A stretch of 24,862 nucleotides of DNA from a virus. Lineage: Duplodnaviria > Caudoviricetes. Each line of letters opens with the position of its first letter. Position 1 is the stretch's first letter. Both the position numbers and the translations under genes were made by a program. The notes beneath the pieces were generated by a model. The model searched no databases, had not been told where the DNA came from, and saw only the letters and a list, made by a program, of their open reading frames with translations. Shown here piece by piece: positions 24,279 to 24,862 of this stretch. The DNA lies in IMG/VR virus record IMGVR_UViG_3300017780_000793, positions 1 to 24,862 of that record, one strand, 5' to 3'.

Positions 24279-24544
24279 TATTCCATCGCCTTCCACATAG
24301 CATTGTAAGTTGCCTGAGCAGATTTCTGTAAACCTTTGTATTCGGCATAATCACAAACCTCAGCATAAAAACTTGCATCGGAAAACAGATCGTTCCATTG
24401 CATACGATTTAATTCAATGGTGTATTTAGTTTTTGTGCTAGATGTAATTGCATCTATCCACTCACGCGGATTTTCTGCACGGTTGGTGTGATCGTCATAA
24501 AAGCGTTGTGGGATAACTGCAACAAATTTGGTTGTGCTGTTCAT
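24278..24544 (-). CDS. Hypothetical protein
   Basis: Start corrected to ATG 24544 (AGGT SD); IP-x-RFYDDH...L-x-SDA-x-FY. Confidence 0.75.
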   Translation of the reverse strand: MNSTTKFVAVIPQRFYDDHTNRAENPREWIDAITSSTKTKYTIELNRMQWNDLFSDASFYAEVCDYAEYKGLQKSAQATYNAMWKAME

Positions 24545-24546
24545 AA

Positions 24547-24717
24547 TTAAGCACCTACCTTTACAACAGTAATCTTGTAAGCATTTGCTTTTACTTCTTT
24601 GCGCATTTCTTTGCAGTCTGCACACCAGCACTTAGCAACTTTTAATCCGCTGTCGCTTGAAATGCACTTGCTGTTTAAGCAATATTGGTTGCACTCACAA
24701 AACTTTACATTTTTCAT
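24547..24717 (-). CDS. 56-aa Cys-rich protein, first gene of early operon A (not in ORF track)
   Basis: AGAGG SD; MKNVKFCECNQYCLNSKC...KCWCADCKEMRKEVK...VGA. Confidence 0.75.
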   Translation of the reverse strand: MKNVKFCECNQYCLNSKCISSDSGLKVAKCWCADCKEMRKEVKANAYKITVVKVGA

Positions 24718-24720
24718 TTT

Positions 24721-24800
24721 TTGCCTCTTTCGCTAGGTGGGCTTCGGGTAAAGCCCTTCTGTAAGATGTACTATTCCAGATATCTGTAAGGTATACAAGT
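24721..24800 (-). promoter_or_regulatory. Early promoter module copy A (-35 TTGTAT, 17 nt, TGG-AATAGT, 5' hairpin, AGAGGCAA SD)
   Basis: Homologous to 21211-21290. Confidence 0.8.
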
Positions 24801-24813
24801 CCTAGGGGGGTGT

Positions 24814-24844
24814 TTTGATAACAATTTGATAACGATTTATAACG
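24814..24844. repeat. Three tandem ~11-bp direct repeats upstream of promoter A
   Basis: TTTGATAACAA / TTTGATAACGA / TTTATAACG. Confidence 0.75.
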
Positions 24845-24862
24845 CCTCAAACCCCGCCCGAC

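Overview
This window is a 24.9-kb segment of a tailed dsDNA phage (Caudoviricetes), almost entirely encoded on the minus strand. The host is probably a freshwater-type actinobacterium, inferred from the Rpf/SLT-like transglycosylase, the FmdB zinc ribbon, the actinobacterial-type SSB and several leaderless promoters. In transcription order (right to left) there are two early operons of small, often Cys-rich genes, each behind a copy of the same promoter, hairpin and SD module; they include a dNMP kinase and a secreted lytic transglycosylase. Next come a three-hairpin intergenic RNA, an HslV/proteasome-beta-like Ntn protease, HNH, SSB and an HTH/Zn-finger regulator cluster. These are followed by deeply overlapping TerS/TerL, a modular collagen and polyglycine fibre locus, and an inverted plus-strand cassette (GH130-like propeller, TPR protein, FkbM methyltransferase, orphan). 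The left end holds portal, gpF-like head protein, protease-scaffold, a major capsid protein with a large insertion, and the start of a head-tail connector. The best candidates for undescribed biology are (1) a possible virion/fibre glyco-decoration module next to Thr/Gln collagen fibres, (2) a putative three-stem-loop sRNA whose loop is complementary to the SD of the early-operon lead genes, (3) early promoters with CRP-like and PhoB/OmpR-like upstream boxes, (4) an H-type pseudoknot after the capsid stop, and (5) a transglycosylase whose signal peptide has no canonical start codon. All product calls come from motif recognition by eye; no database searches were run.
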